Below, piece by piece: positions 49,788 to 59,315 of a stretch of DNA of 64,000 bases; within the stretch, counting starts at the first letter, position 1, and each line of letters opens with the position of its first letter. A model generated the notes under the pieces. The model saw nothing but the letters and a program-made list of their open reading frames with translations. It was not told the origin of the DNA and did no database searches. Source of the stretch: Coprothermobacterota bacterium (GTDB taxonomy: Bacteria; Coprothermobacterota; Coprothermobacteria; Coprothermobacterales; Coprothermobacteraceae); contig JAZIGN010000003.1 of assembly GCA_036679065.1 (NCBI GenBank), forward strand, positions 256,001-320,000. The letters run 5' to 3'. The translations under genes and the position numbers were made by a program.

Positions 49788-50534
49788 TCACAGCGTACCT
49801 TTCTCCTCTTCAAGGTTATATGTTCGAACTTTGTAAGCACCGATTTTGGCCTGTTCTTTAATGGTTTTGTACTGTTCGGCTGTGATAGGTTGGAATCTTA
49901 TGTAATTGCCAGCGCTGAACAGTACTGGCGGGGTCCTGAAAGGATCATATATGTTAACGGGTGTGCGCCCTATGATGCGCCAGCCACCAGGGCTGTCCAC
50001 AGGATAGATACCAGTTTGTTCTCCTGCTATGCCTACGGAGCCAGCAGGGATTTTGATCCTCGGATTCTCCAAACGTGGCGTGGCAATGCGCGGATCCATG
50101 CCTCCTAAGTATGGAAAGCCGGGAGTGAAACCTAGCATGTAGATGAGATAGTTCGGTGCACTGTGCAGTGCTATGACCTCTTCGGGGGCAAGCTTGCAGT
50201 AGGCAGAAACAAACTCAAGGTCTGGTCCAAGATCACCGCCATAGCACACTGGTATCACAGTCACTGTTGGCTGTGAAATGTTTGCCTCACAGGTACTTTC
50301 CATAGCTCTTTCAAGGTATTTCTCAAGCGTTGCCGGTTCCAACTTAAGAGGATCAAAACACACCAGCAGTGAGCAATACGCTGGCACAGTTTCAATGACG
50401 CCTTCAATGGGATTATGCTGCAGTGCTACGTTGAGCGCCCTAACTTTAGCATTTAGTTCTGGTGAAATTTTATTGCCTAGTTGCACTAAAAGCGCAGAAT
50501 CGCCTGCTGGTTTTATGCAAAAGCTAATGTCCAA
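49788..50534 (-). CDS. pxpB: 5-oxoprolinase subunit B
   Basis: GDSALL, VPAYCSL, GFTPGFPYL, SPGGWRIIGRT. Confidence 0.93.
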   Translation of the reverse strand: MDISFCIKPAGDSALLVQLGNKISPELNAKVRALNVALQHNPIEGVIETVPAYCSLLVCFDPLKLEPATLEKYLERAMESTCEANISQPTVTVIPVCYGGDLGPDLEFVSAYCKLAPEEVIALHSAPNYLIYMLGFTPGFPYLGGMDPRIATPRLENPRIKIPAGSVGIAGEQTGIYPVDSPGGWRIIGRTPVNIYDPFRTPPVLFSAGNYIRFQPITAEQYKTIKEQAKIGAYKVRTYNLEEEKGTL

Positions 50535-50623
50535 AACCTCCCACCTCCTGCATACATAATGAAAAGTCTAATACAAGAAGTGGGACAGTACATCTATATG
50601 AACGTACTTAGCTTCGCTTTTGG

Positions 50624-51796
50624 TTACTCGGCAATAATGTTGGTGTAAGGCTCTGCCAGGAGCAAATTAGCAGGTATGATGCTGTCGTAACCATAGCGCT
50701 GGCGTATCTTTTCTACTACAGGCTTTAATGGATTTGGTTTTTCTTGGTAGAAAAGGCTAGGGGTGTAATGCTGCCTTATGTCAGCCATACCTACGCCAAC
50801 TAACCGTACGCCTTGCTTATACGGTCTGAGCTCTTTGTTTAGCATTTTGAAGTTATGAAAGATTACATCGGGGTCATTAGTGTAAAACTCCAGTTTCATG
50901 CCTGTTGATTCTGCACTCATATCATCATAGCGTAAAAATATGAAAAGTTCTTTTGCACGGGAGTTAATCTCTTCCAAACCTTTACCAAGAGAATCGCAAA
51001 GCAGACGTCCCACTGCTTCTACTACCAGTGGGCTTAAGGTGCTTGCGTCCAAAGTAACACTGCGAGTAATGCTTTTTAAAGGTGGCTCCTGAGTAATAAG
51101 AGGCGTTTCGTCAATGCCTTGAGCGATTTTTTGGTAGTACTCGCCAAGTATGCCCATAAGGTTTTTGATTATGGGTTTTGGAGTTAAGGCTAAATCTTCT
51201 AAGGTATATATACCATTTTTATTGAGTAGAGCTTCTCTGCGGGAACCTATGCCTGGTATGGCTGATACGGGCAAGTACTTGTAAACACTGGGTATGGCCT
51301 GTGGTTTCCACCAAGTGAGTCCATCGGGTTTGCCTTCCTCTGTTGCCATTTTTGCTAAGATTTTTCCCGGAGCAATGCCTACGGAGCAAGTAATACCAAA
51401 CTGCTTCTTTACGTATCTTCTGATTTCTTCACCTACCTTATCTGGATCCTTGCCGTAGTAAGTCATGAAGAATTCGTCAATGCTGTAATTTTCTACCTCA
51501 GAAGAAATGCTTCTTGCGTATTTGAGCATCTGATTATGCACGTAACCGTAGAATGATGGATGAGCTTGCACCAGAATAAGGTCAGGGCAAAGGTTAAAAG
51601 CTTCCTTGGGAGGCATGCCAGCTTTAACGCCTTTGCGTTTAGCTTCGTAAGATGCTGCAGCTATGACGGAGCGCTTTTTCCCTCTGCCGTAGGGGTCAGC
51701 CATGACTCCAATGGGTTTACCTTTTAGTTTTGGATTGATGGCTTGTTCGCAGCTGGCGAAGAAGGCGTCCATGTCCACGTGCATGATCCATCTCAT
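50624..51796 (-). CDS. dinB: DNA polymerase IV (Y family)
   Basis: HVDMDAFFASCE, SYEAK, SIDEF, KPDG; ATGA overlap with the upstream ORF. Confidence 0.93.
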   Translation of the reverse strand: MRWIMHVDMDAFFASCEQAINPKLKGKPIGVMADPYGRGKKRSVIAAASYEAKRKGVKAGMPPKEAFNLCPDLILVQAHPSFYGYVHNQMLKYARSISSEVENYSIDEFFMTYYGKDPDKVGEEIRRYVKKQFGITCSVGIAPGKILAKMATEEGKPDGLTWWKPQAIPSVYKYLPVSAIPGIGSRREALLNKNGIYTLEDLALTPKPIIKNLMGILGEYYQKIAQGIDETPLITQEPPLKSITRSVTLDASTLSPLVVEAVGRLLCDSLGKGLEEINSRAKELFIFLRYDDMSAESTGMKLEFYTNDPDVIFHNFKMLNKELRPYKQGVRLVGVGMADIRQHYTPSLFYQEKPNPLKPVVEKIRQRYGYDSIIPANLLLAEPYTNIIAE

Positions 51797-52011
51797 GGCA
51801 AGCACCATCCTCTCCAATAACCGTCGGGCCACAGGTAAACGAGTTCCCAGATTTGGTCTTCTTCTGTGGATATTATGAAGTGGTAAAGCTGGCGATTACC
51901 CTGCGGTTGCTGCCATTTTTGCTGCCAGGTTTTTACTTTTTGCCAGCGTTGCCCATCTCTGAAAGCTAAAGGCTTAAATTCTGCACCATGGTAAAGCACC
52001 ATGACTGTCAT
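51793..52011 (-). CDS. Small Trp-rich protein translationally coupled to dinB
   Basis: P..F....R...V......W...F...WEL.......W pattern; extended -10 TGCTATAAT 6 nt before ATG 52011. Confidence 0.7.
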   Translation of the reverse strand: MTVMVLYHGAEFKPLAFRDGQRWQKVKTWQQKWQQPQGNRQLYHFIISTEEDQIWELVYLWPDGYWRGWCLP

Positions 52012-52036
52012 AACCATATTATAGCAAACAATTGTA

Positions 52037-52052
52037 TACCATACATATGGTA
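52037..52052. promoter_or_regulatory. Inverted repeat in the dinB operon promoter, candidate repressor box
   Basis: TACCATA-CA-TATGGTA over the -35 region. Confidence 0.45.
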
Positions 52053-52089
52053 AAGTAGCACCTACATCATGTAAAAAGCTGTGGGGCTT

Positions 52090-52797
52090 CTAAATCAACT
52101 TTTCTCGGGCTAAGCTTACATGCTGGTTCTTGCCCACAATGATGTGGTCAAGAAGCTGAGCGCCTACCAATTCGCAGGCTTGTTTCAGCTGTTTTGTCAC
52201 TGCCACATCTTCTCGGCTGGGGCTAGGATCTCCACTGGGGTGATTGTGTATCAAAATGAGCGCTTGAGCTGAAGTCAAGCTTACCTGTTTCAATATTTCT
52301 TTAGGGTCAACCGTGGTTTGTATTGAACTACCTACGCTTATTTCTACGTGTTTTATGGGGCGATTCTTCCTATCTAGCAGCAGTATCCAGAAGTGTTCCT
52401 TACCTTCGTTCATTAGCATGGAAGAGAAATAACGTGCTGCATACTCGATGGCATCTTCAGGGGTAGTAATTCTTGCTTCTTCCACAGTTTCATTTTGGAG
52501 AAACCGCTTACCTATTTCCAATGCCGCCTTTACTTGAGCGGCTTTGGCTTTTCCCATTCCCTTGATTTGTAGAAGTTCTTCTACGCTGGCTCGGTACAGT
52601 CCAGTGAAGCCGCCAAAGGTGTTCAGCAGGCGTCGTGCCAAATCTTCCGCTGTTTCCTCATTATTGCCCGTACGTAGTATGATAGCGAGCAGTTTTGCAT
52701 CAGGCAGATGCTCAGGACCTTTAGAAAGAAGCAGCTCTCTGGGGCGTTCAGAAACAATCCATTCCTTTATCGGAATTTTGTAATTGGGGTTACTCAC
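52090..52797 (-). CDS. radC: RadC (JAB domain) protein
   Basis: ERPRE, LLAIILRTG, KGMGKAKA, HNHPSGDPSPSRED, LLDHII; start uncertain. Confidence 0.93.
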   Translation of the reverse strand: MSNPNYKIPIKEWIVSERPRELLLSKGPEHLPDAKLLAIILRTGNNEETAEDLARRLLNTFGGFTGLYRASVEELLQIKGMGKAKAAQVKAALEIGKRFLQNETVEEARITTPEDAIEYAARYFSSMLMNEGKEHFWILLLDRKNRPIKHVEISVGSSIQTTVDPKEILKQVSLTSAQALILIHNHPSGDPSPSREDVAVTKQLKQACELVGAQLLDHIIVGKNQHVSLAREKLI

Positions 52798-52911
52798 AGG
52801 ACAAATAGCCCTTTTGAAAAAGTATGTGCGCCTAGAAGCAGCATGTTTCAATTATATATGGTCGGACTATCTAGCTCTCATACTAGTATTAGTTAACAAA
52901 CACTGGAGAAG

Positions 52912-53511
52912 TTGATGGTTGTCAGGAAAGGAACTTTGGAAGACAAGAACCATGTCTCTGAGCTGGTGCTACTTGCAGCTCCATTTTTCTCAAAGTTGTT
53001 CGGAGAAAAAAGGGCAGTGGAGCTTTTGCAGTACTTGTATGTGCATGATAATAATCTATTCAGCTTCTCTCATTGCTTGTTTGCTCAAGATGGTGATGAC
53101 ATCCTTGGATTGGTAGTGGGCTACGATTGGCAAACTAAACAGAGCGAACAGCTGAGTACTGGTTACCTCATGATCAAGTACTTGGGACTTCAGTTTTTCA
53201 AAGCCCTGCCAGCACTTCTTAAATTGGATGCGCAGGTTAGTAGAATTTCGCGTGAAGACTATTACATAGCCTTTTTGGTTGTTTATCAACAAGTGCAAAC
53301 ACGGGGTGTAGGCACAGCATTAATGAAGCGCGCTGAAGAGGACGCAGTTTCGTGCGGTGCGAAGTTTATCTGCCTGGACGTGGAAACAGAAAACGAAAAT
53401 GCCGTTCGTTTTTACCAAAAGCGCGGTTATAGAATAGAAAGAACGTTTTCAGTAAATTTGACTCAGGAAGTGGTTCTCCACTTCTATAGAATGAAGAAAG
53501 AACTAAGGTAA
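52912..53511 (+). CDS. GNAT family N-acetyltransferase
   Basis: RGVGTALM, LDVETENENAVRFYQKRGY. Confidence 0.9.
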   Translation: MMVVRKGTLEDKNHVSELVLLAAPFFSKLFGEKRAVELLQYLYVHDNNLFSFSHCLFAQDGDDILGLVVGYDWQTKQSEQLSTGYLMIKYLGLQFFKALPALLKLDAQVSRISREDYYIAFLVVYQQVQTRGVGTALMKRAEEDAVSCGAKFICLDVETENENAVRFYQKRGYRIERTFSVNLTQEVVLHFYRMKKELR

Positions 53512-53684
53512 TTTTGGTCCACGTACCTACTGAGTGTTTAGCTAACAGAATAACTTTCTTAATCCGCAAGAGCCTGCTGTGCCACTAGAGTGGCTGGCGT
53601 CGGACGTCCTTGAATGGTTGAAAGAAAAAAGGCTTTGTGAGTATGTTTATAAGCGGCGACAGTAAATTAAAGCAAACTGTTTTG

Positions 53685-55082
53685 CTACCTGCTTACGCGG
53701 TTACTTTGCTTAAGCAGTATGTGGGATTCATTAATGATGGCGCCCTTGGTCGCCTCATAAAGTGGGACTGGGGTGCTGGCAAGTTTGTTAACCAAGGTTT
53801 CCAACGGGACCTTGGGCCAAAGCTTTATGTACTCAGGGAGCTGTTTTCTTAAATTGTGAATGTGATCTTTGGGTTGGATTACGTCAGCCTTAATAAATGG
53901 TTGCCTGGTGTTTTGCATTCCCATGTTCATTAGGGCGTACTCTCCAAGTTGATTCCAAACTTTTTTCACCAGTGATAGCCAATCATATGGCGGCACTAAG
54001 TCGTTGTAGTCTTGTGTAACCACAGTCCATTCGTCTACTTCGTTTGTTTCTTCATCGTTGCTTTGTAAGTAATAGGGGAGTTTGTTCTCGTAATCCTCGG
54101 CACGCACAATGTTTATAGGGCCCCTTGCTGGGTTTGTGATAATAACTCGGGCTCTAAATAGGTCTGAGAACAATGCTGCCCAGTCTTTTCTTGGGGTGTA
54201 AACGGTACTGCCCAGCAAGCTGAGCATTCTTACGTTGTACTTTCCTAAGCCCGTTATAAAAGGAAGTATGTCATAGAAGCTGGTGTAAATGCGTGGTTGC
54301 ATCAATCGGAATGCTTCGCTAACTGATGGAGTAAGGACGCCTTTCTTTAGCTGTCTTGCCCATAACTGTGGAGCGTATACACCGACTTCATGTGTGCAGG
54401 GCTGATCAGGTACTTGATAGTCTACGTAGAATGTGTGAGAAAAGGTCAAAGGATAATGAGCGCTGGAGGTTTCATCAGCCAAAGCTACAAGACCATTGAG
54501 ATAGGTGTAGACCCAGTGAAGTTCCCACCCGCTTATCATAAGTTGTTTTCTGTATTGTTTAAGACGATTTATGGTTTGGCTAAGCTCTTCTTCCCACAAA
54601 CTTCTTAGGTGCGCAGGCAAAAGGCTTGCGTCAGGGTGTTCCTTAACATTAGTAAAGGTGGTTCTCATTAGTGGGGCATGGTGCAGCGTAGTAGCTAAGG
54701 ATGTTAGGTAAACCAGCGTGGGTCTAAAGTCCTTCGGATAGTTTTGTGAAAGCTTTTCTGCGGCGTCTACCACAAGATTCAAGCCCAAAAGAGTGTGTCT
54801 GGAGATGAGCTGGCCGTTTTTCAACTGCTCTTGGAAACGGGCATCGATTTTACCTACATCATGTAGGTACACTAAACTCTGCATTATATCAAGGCTGTAA
54901 CGCAGAACACGGTGAGCGTCTGGGCCCACAGGCGGACGCCATAGTTTTTCAGTGAGCTCTCTAAAACGCTCCGCCACATCCAAGGAATGGCTCCACAGAG
55001 TTCCTGCTTGTTTGTCCCGATTTAGCTTTGGTATGACAGTTAGATAGACCTCTTTAAGGCCGTAGTGTTCAATTAAGTTCAT
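53685..55082 (-). CDS. Cas3-like HD-domain protein with a degenerate C-terminal region
   Basis: TLWSHSLDV, LHDVGK..RFQ, RHTLLG, LHH and LVALAD form the full Cas3 HD metal-ligand set; no Walker A or DEAH seen. Confidence 0.75.
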   Translation of the reverse strand: MNLIEHYGLKEVYLTVIPKLNRDKQAGTLWSHSLDVAERFRELTEKLWRPPVGPDAHRVLRYSLDIMQSLVYLHDVGKIDARFQEQLKNGQLISRHTLLGLNLVVDAAEKLSQNYPKDFRPTLVYLTSLATTLHHAPLMRTTFTNVKEHPDASLLPAHLRSLWEEELSQTINRLKQYRKQLMISGWELHWVYTYLNGLVALADETSSAHYPLTFSHTFYVDYQVPDQPCTHEVGVYAPQLWARQLKKGVLTPSVSEAFRLMQPRIYTSFYDILPFITGLGKYNVRMLSLLGSTVYTPRKDWAALFSDLFRARVIITNPARGPINIVRAEDYENKLPYYLQSNDEETNEVDEWTVVTQDYNDLVPPYDWLSLVKKVWNQLGEYALMNMGMQNTRQPFIKADVIQPKDHIHNLRKQLPEYIKLWPKVPLETLVNKLASTPVPLYEATKGAIINESHILLKQSNRVSR

Positions 55083-55161
55083 GTTAATATTCTACTGTAA
55101 CAAGAGAGAGAAAGGCTGCAAGTTCTGTAGTTTTTATCTAATGTGTTGGAGGTGCACCACC

Positions 55162-56031
55162 ATGGCAAAGAAAAGCAGTAGCGTGAGAGGGAGTGCGGCA
55201 CGCTGGATATTAATAGTAATCTTGGTTGTCGTAGTTGGTTTTGCTGCGGGTTTCTTGTATTCCAGATATGGCACGGGGTTTTTCGGTTCCAGCATAAAGC
55301 CTGGTTACTTGTCCAACATGGATTCTATTTATGTCAACAACATTTCAAAAGAGTTGGAGCTTACTGCAACGCAGCAAGAGGTGGTGCAGCTCGCACTGAA
55401 GGCTGAGCTTTCGCAAAGGAAGGCTTTGACACAGGAGGGGTTGGCTGAGAGCGCTATTGCTTCGGAACTGAAAAGTACTACTGCATCAGCTGTGGATGTG
55501 ATTAGAGCTGCTTTGGGTGATAAGACCGACACCTTTCTGAACCTGGTTAAAGAGTATAACCGTGATAGGTCCATACCTGTAAAGCTGGTTCCTGTGAAGG
55601 TTTATTTCATTGTGGCCGATCCTGACTGGGCTGTTAAAGCTGAAGAGCATTATGTGGTGGACGAGAACAAGCCGCTTAGAGCTTTAGAATCACTTATTGA
55701 GGGACCCGAAGATTTAAGTATGGGTATGCCATTACCTCCAACCACTCGCATACTGGGGTTTACTGTGGAAAACGGTACAGCTTATGTGGATTTAAGCCGT
55801 GAAGCGATAACAGAGGCTTACAAATACTGTCCTGTGTCTGCTGGTGGCGAAGCTATGAGTATTAACGCCATAGGCAACACATTGACTGAATTTTCAGAAA
55901 TTCAAAGGGTAAAGCTCAGTATTGAAGGTAAGACACAAGGCGAAATAGACGGATATTCTATAGAAGAGTATTGGGGCCATTTTGGACTGCCTAGCGAAAT
56001 AACGAGGAATGAAGAGGTCATAGTTCCGTAG
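55162..56031 (+). CDS. GerMN-domain membrane-anchored protein
   Basis: ALESLIEGP, GTAYVDLS, AIGNTLTEFSEIQRV; GGAGG RBS. Confidence 0.85.
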   Translation: MAKKSSSVRGSAARWILIVILVVVVGFAAGFLYSRYGTGFFGSSIKPGYLSNMDSIYVNNISKELELTATQQEVVQLALKAELSQRKALTQEGLAESAIASELKSTTASAVDVIRAALGDKTDTFLNLVKEYNRDRSIPVKLVPVKVYFIVADPDWAVKAEEHYVVDENKPLRALESLIEGPEDLSMGMPLPPTTRILGFTVENGTAYVDLSREAITEAYKYCPVSAGGEAMSINAIGNTLTEFSEIQRVKLSIEGKTQGEIDGYSIEEYWGHFGLPSEITRNEEVIVP

Positions 56032-56668
56032 GATTCTCGCCAGCGTCTGGGTCAGTATCACTGAAAATGTCAATGTCGAAGGTGATCTGGTTTTCTTGTG
56101 TGAGTAACTCTGTGGACGGTTGGTAGAATAGTTCCCAGCAAACGTGCTTGTCCATGATGATGTCGCGAACTTGTCTTTCTCGCTGAGTAAGTTGTTTAGA
56201 ACTACCACTTTTCACTTCAATGAACACAACCTGTTTCAACTGTCCGTCACTAAGGCCGTCAAACACGATCAGATCCACGGGCGTTCCTAAGAAGCGAGCG
56301 TCTTTTGGGTTGTACTTGAAGTCAGGCAAAAAAGGTACCAGATGCTCTGTTATTTGACCCAGCATGACCGATTTGCTACGTTTAGTGGCATCTTGCCTAA
56401 TTTCTTCTTCCACTTCCAGCTTCCACTGTTCCAGGGCTGCTTTATACTGCTGATCTATGGACTGCTTCAAGGTCTCTATTTCTCGGCTTTTCCAGTCTTC
56501 AAATTGCGCCTTCCAGTATGCTTCCGCGCGGAATTGATTTTCACGTAACTGGTTTTCATATTGCTGGTAGAGTTCTCTTCGTGTCCTTTCTAGGTCTCGC
56601 TCAAAAGCCAACCTGAAGAACAGTAGGATGACTATGCCCACTGCCAAACCAATTAAGAACCACCACAT
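56018..56668 (-). CDS. Holliday-junction-resolvase-like PD-(D/E)xK endonuclease with TM anchor and coiled coil
   Basis: GQITEHLVP, RFLGTPVDLIVFDG, FIEVKSG. Confidence 0.85.
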   Translation of the reverse strand: MWWFLIGLAVGIVILLFFRLAFERDLERTRRELYQQYENQLRENQFRAEAYWKAQFEDWKSREIETLKQSIDQQYKAALEQWKLEVEEEIRQDATKRSKSVMLGQITEHLVPFLPDFKYNPKDARFLGTPVDLIVFDGLSDGQLKQVVFIEVKSGSSKQLTQRERQVRDIIMDKHVCWELFYQPSTELLTQENQITFDIDIFSDTDPDAGENPTEL

Positions 56669-56688
56669 AGCAGTATTGTAATGCAAAA

Positions 56689-56721
56689 GGAGCCAGCAGG
56701 AGTGTTGCTTTGGCTGGCTCC
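56689..56721 (-). terminator. Hairpin downstream of the M20 peptidase
   Basis: GGAGCCAGC...GCTGGCTCC with TTTT on the minus strand. Confidence 0.65.
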
Positions 56722-56745
56722 ACAAAATGTGGTATGGCTTTTTTA

Positions 56746-58071
56746 CTACAAGCTTAGAAGTTTATCAATAATTTGCACGTAAACGTGAGGTAGTTTTTTC
56801 AGTGAAGATACTTCAACGTATTCATTGGGTCCATGCACGTTCCCGCCTTTGGGTCCAAAATCGATAGCTTTCACACCTAGGGGTGTGAAGTAGCGTGAGT
56901 CTGCTGCGCCTGCACCTTCAACTGCCTTGGCACGTTCTCCGTTTTCCTTTAGAACCTGGAGAACTGTTTGAACAAATGGTTCTTTGGGACCTGTAAAGAG
57001 GAAGCCAGCTTTTTCCCTGTTGCCAAAGTCTACCTCGGCGTCAGGCAGATTATAAGAAAGCACCTCTTTTAAGGTACTTTCAATGTCCTGATTGTCATGG
57101 CTCATGGCTCTAATATCCAAGGAAAGAGAATGCCTTTCGCCATCAAAGGCATACATATTGGGTGTTATGGAGACACCAAAATCGCTGTATTTTTCAGCTT
57201 TTATGGGAGCTCTTACTAAAGGGACAACAGCTTTTATAAGCTTTGTTAGGTTTTCATCTACTTCTACTTCTGACTGCGTTCCCTGCTCTGGTTTTACGTA
57301 TGTTAGAGTGACTGTTCCCGGTACCACGTTGGATTTGAGAAAGGCTCCAGTGAGGGAGACAGCTTCGTAATCAGTTTCGCGTAGGAACTGAGACGCAGCT
57401 ATTAAAGGGTGGGTGTCCACGCCCGGGAAGAAGTAGGCAGCATGTCTCGTTTCCACAACGGGTGTACGAATCTCAAAGGTTTGTTCTTCAAGCTTGCCCT
57501 TTGTCATTTTCTTTGCATTAGGGACAGAAATGGTTACGCTAAAACCTTTTCTCCTTCGAACTATGGGGATCATGCCTGTACCATCCGCATTTATCAAGAA
57601 AGAAGGCAGTTTATTAATCTCATTGAGTTTTTCTGCAATGTACAGAGCGGTGGCTCCTCCAGTTTCTTCATCACCTGTGAAGGCAAACAGTACTTTGCCG
57701 TTTAGTGGTTTTTCTTTGAGCTCTTTTAGGGCAAACATGAGGGAGGCGACGTTGCCTTTGTCATCCACGGAACCTCTGCCGTAGGCTTTATTGCCTTCCA
57801 CGGTCAATTTAAAAGGTTCATAGTGCCATTCATCTTTACTTACAGGTACTACATCAAAATGTGCCATGACCATGACTTTTGGCAAGCCTTCGCCTATTTC
57901 ACCAACAACAGCATAGGCGCCATTGTGCTCGATTATCTCGCTATCAATGCCCCAAGATTGCAGAGTGCTTTGTATAAACGCGGGGCACTCCCTGGAAGGC
58001 ATCTCACCTTTGCTTGGGTCATTTACAGTCTGAAATGAAACCAGGCTGGAAAGTAAATCTAAGACATCCAA
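56746..58071 (-). CDS. M20 family metallopeptidase / deacylase
   Basis: AHFDVVP, GRGSVDDKG, DEETGG, VHGPNE. Confidence 0.92.
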   Translation of the reverse strand: MDVLDLLSSLVSFQTVNDPSKGEMPSRECPAFIQSTLQSWGIDSEIIEHNGAYAVVGEIGEGLPKVMVMAHFDVVPVSKDEWHYEPFKLTVEGNKAYGRGSVDDKGNVASLMFALKELKEKPLNGKVLFAFTGDEETGGATALYIAEKLNEINKLPSFLINADGTGMIPIVRRRKGFSVTISVPNAKKMTKGKLEEQTFEIRTPVVETRHAAYFFPGVDTHPLIAASQFLRETDYEAVSLTGAFLKSNVVPGTVTLTYVKPEQGTQSEVEVDENLTKLIKAVVPLVRAPIKAEKYSDFGVSITPNMYAFDGERHSLSLDIRAMSHDNQDIESTLKEVLSYNLPDAEVDFGNREKAGFLFTGPKEPFVQTVLQVLKENGERAKAVEGAGAADSRYFTPLGVKAIDFGPKGGNVHGPNEYVEVSSLKKLPHVYVQIIDKLLSL

Positions 58072-58155
58072 AATGCAACACCTCCTATTTACATCTTTCC
58101 CCTTTAACTATACTCTCGAACAAGAAGCTTAACAGAAAGCATTTACTGAACGGGT

Positions 58156-59241
58156 TCAGTCTACTATTTGGAGCTCCTTGGGGAAATGGTTTAGCACTTC
58201 GCAGCCAGTTGGTGTTACCAATACTAAATCTTCAATGCGAACGCCGAACTTACCGGGCAGGTAAATGCCCGGTTCAATAGAGAAGATCATACCTTCCTGT
58301 ACTATATCTGTATTGACTGAAGATACATCGCCAGTTTCATGTACATCCAGACCGATGCTGTGCCCTGTACGATGAGTGAAATAACCACCAAAGCCGAAGT
58401 TTTCAATGTGATTGCGAGCCGCTGCGTCGATGTCGCAGAATCTTACGCCTGGTTTCACAGTTTCAATGGCTTTAAGGTTTGCTTCCAAAACGATGTTGTA
58501 AATTTTCCTTTGCAAGTCGTCTGCTTTCTTGTAGAAAACTGTTCTCGTCATATCTGAGCAGTAGAAATTCTTACGGCAGCCAATATCAATGATGACACTA
58601 TCGCCTTCCTTTAACGAAGTAGTTGAATCACTTTCGTGGTGCGGGTCAGCGCCGTTAGGGCCGTAAGCAATAATGGGTTCAAAGGAATATCCATCTGCTC
58701 CCAGTTCTTCGTAAATGTCCAGCAGCAAGCGGCTCACCTTTTTCTCTGTATGCAAATTGGGAATTAGGTGCAAAACCCTTTCCATGGCTTGGTCGTTTAT
58801 ATGTGATGCTTCTCTCATAAGCTGTTGTTCCATGTCATCCTTTATGGCACGTACACTATCAACAATACTGGAGATGTCCACAAAATCCTTTATGGGAATA
58901 GGGGATTGGTGCACGAGCTCTATAAGGAAACGGGCAGGCCAGTTCTTGTCAACCCCTAGAGGCTTGTCAGGGGCAATGTGGGGTAAGAGTAAAGCAATGG
59001 GATCCTGAGAATCGTTGTAAGTTACCACATCCAGACCAAGTTTTTCCCTGATAGGGAAGAGTTCATTTACAAAAAGTGTGGGGATTTGTTCACTTCTGAT
59101 CAAGAGAACCAACATCCGTTCTCCTGGGTTTATCCACTTACCTGTGAGGTAGAAAATGTTTGTGGGGTCGGAAATGACCATTTGGGATAGACCAGCTTGG
59201 GTCATCCCTTCCAGTACTTTTTCTAGACGCTTCTGATTCAT
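58156..59241 (-). CDS. Xaa-Pro peptidase (M24B)
   Basis: PHH, DIG, SDMTRT, HRTGHSIGLDVHE, EPGIY, GVRIED. Confidence 0.93.
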   Translation of the reverse strand: MNQKRLEKVLEGMTQAGLSQMVISDPTNIFYLTGKWINPGERMLVLLIRSEQIPTLFVNELFPIREKLGLDVVTYNDSQDPIALLLPHIAPDKPLGVDKNWPARFLIELVHQSPIPIKDFVDISSIVDSVRAIKDDMEQQLMREASHINDQAMERVLHLIPNLHTEKKVSRLLLDIYEELGADGYSFEPIIAYGPNGADPHHESDSTTSLKEGDSVIIDIGCRKNFYCSDMTRTVFYKKADDLQRKIYNIVLEANLKAIETVKPGVRFCDIDAAARNHIENFGFGGYFTHRTGHSIGLDVHETGDVSSVNTDIVQEGMIFSIEPGIYLPGKFGVRIEDLVLVTPTGCEVLNHFPKELQIVD

Positions 59242-59315
59242 ATGGGTTCTTACCTCCTTTACAAAGATTGTACGTTCCTTTTGCAGGAGGTAAGAACCCT
59301 TATTCTTTGTGCAAA

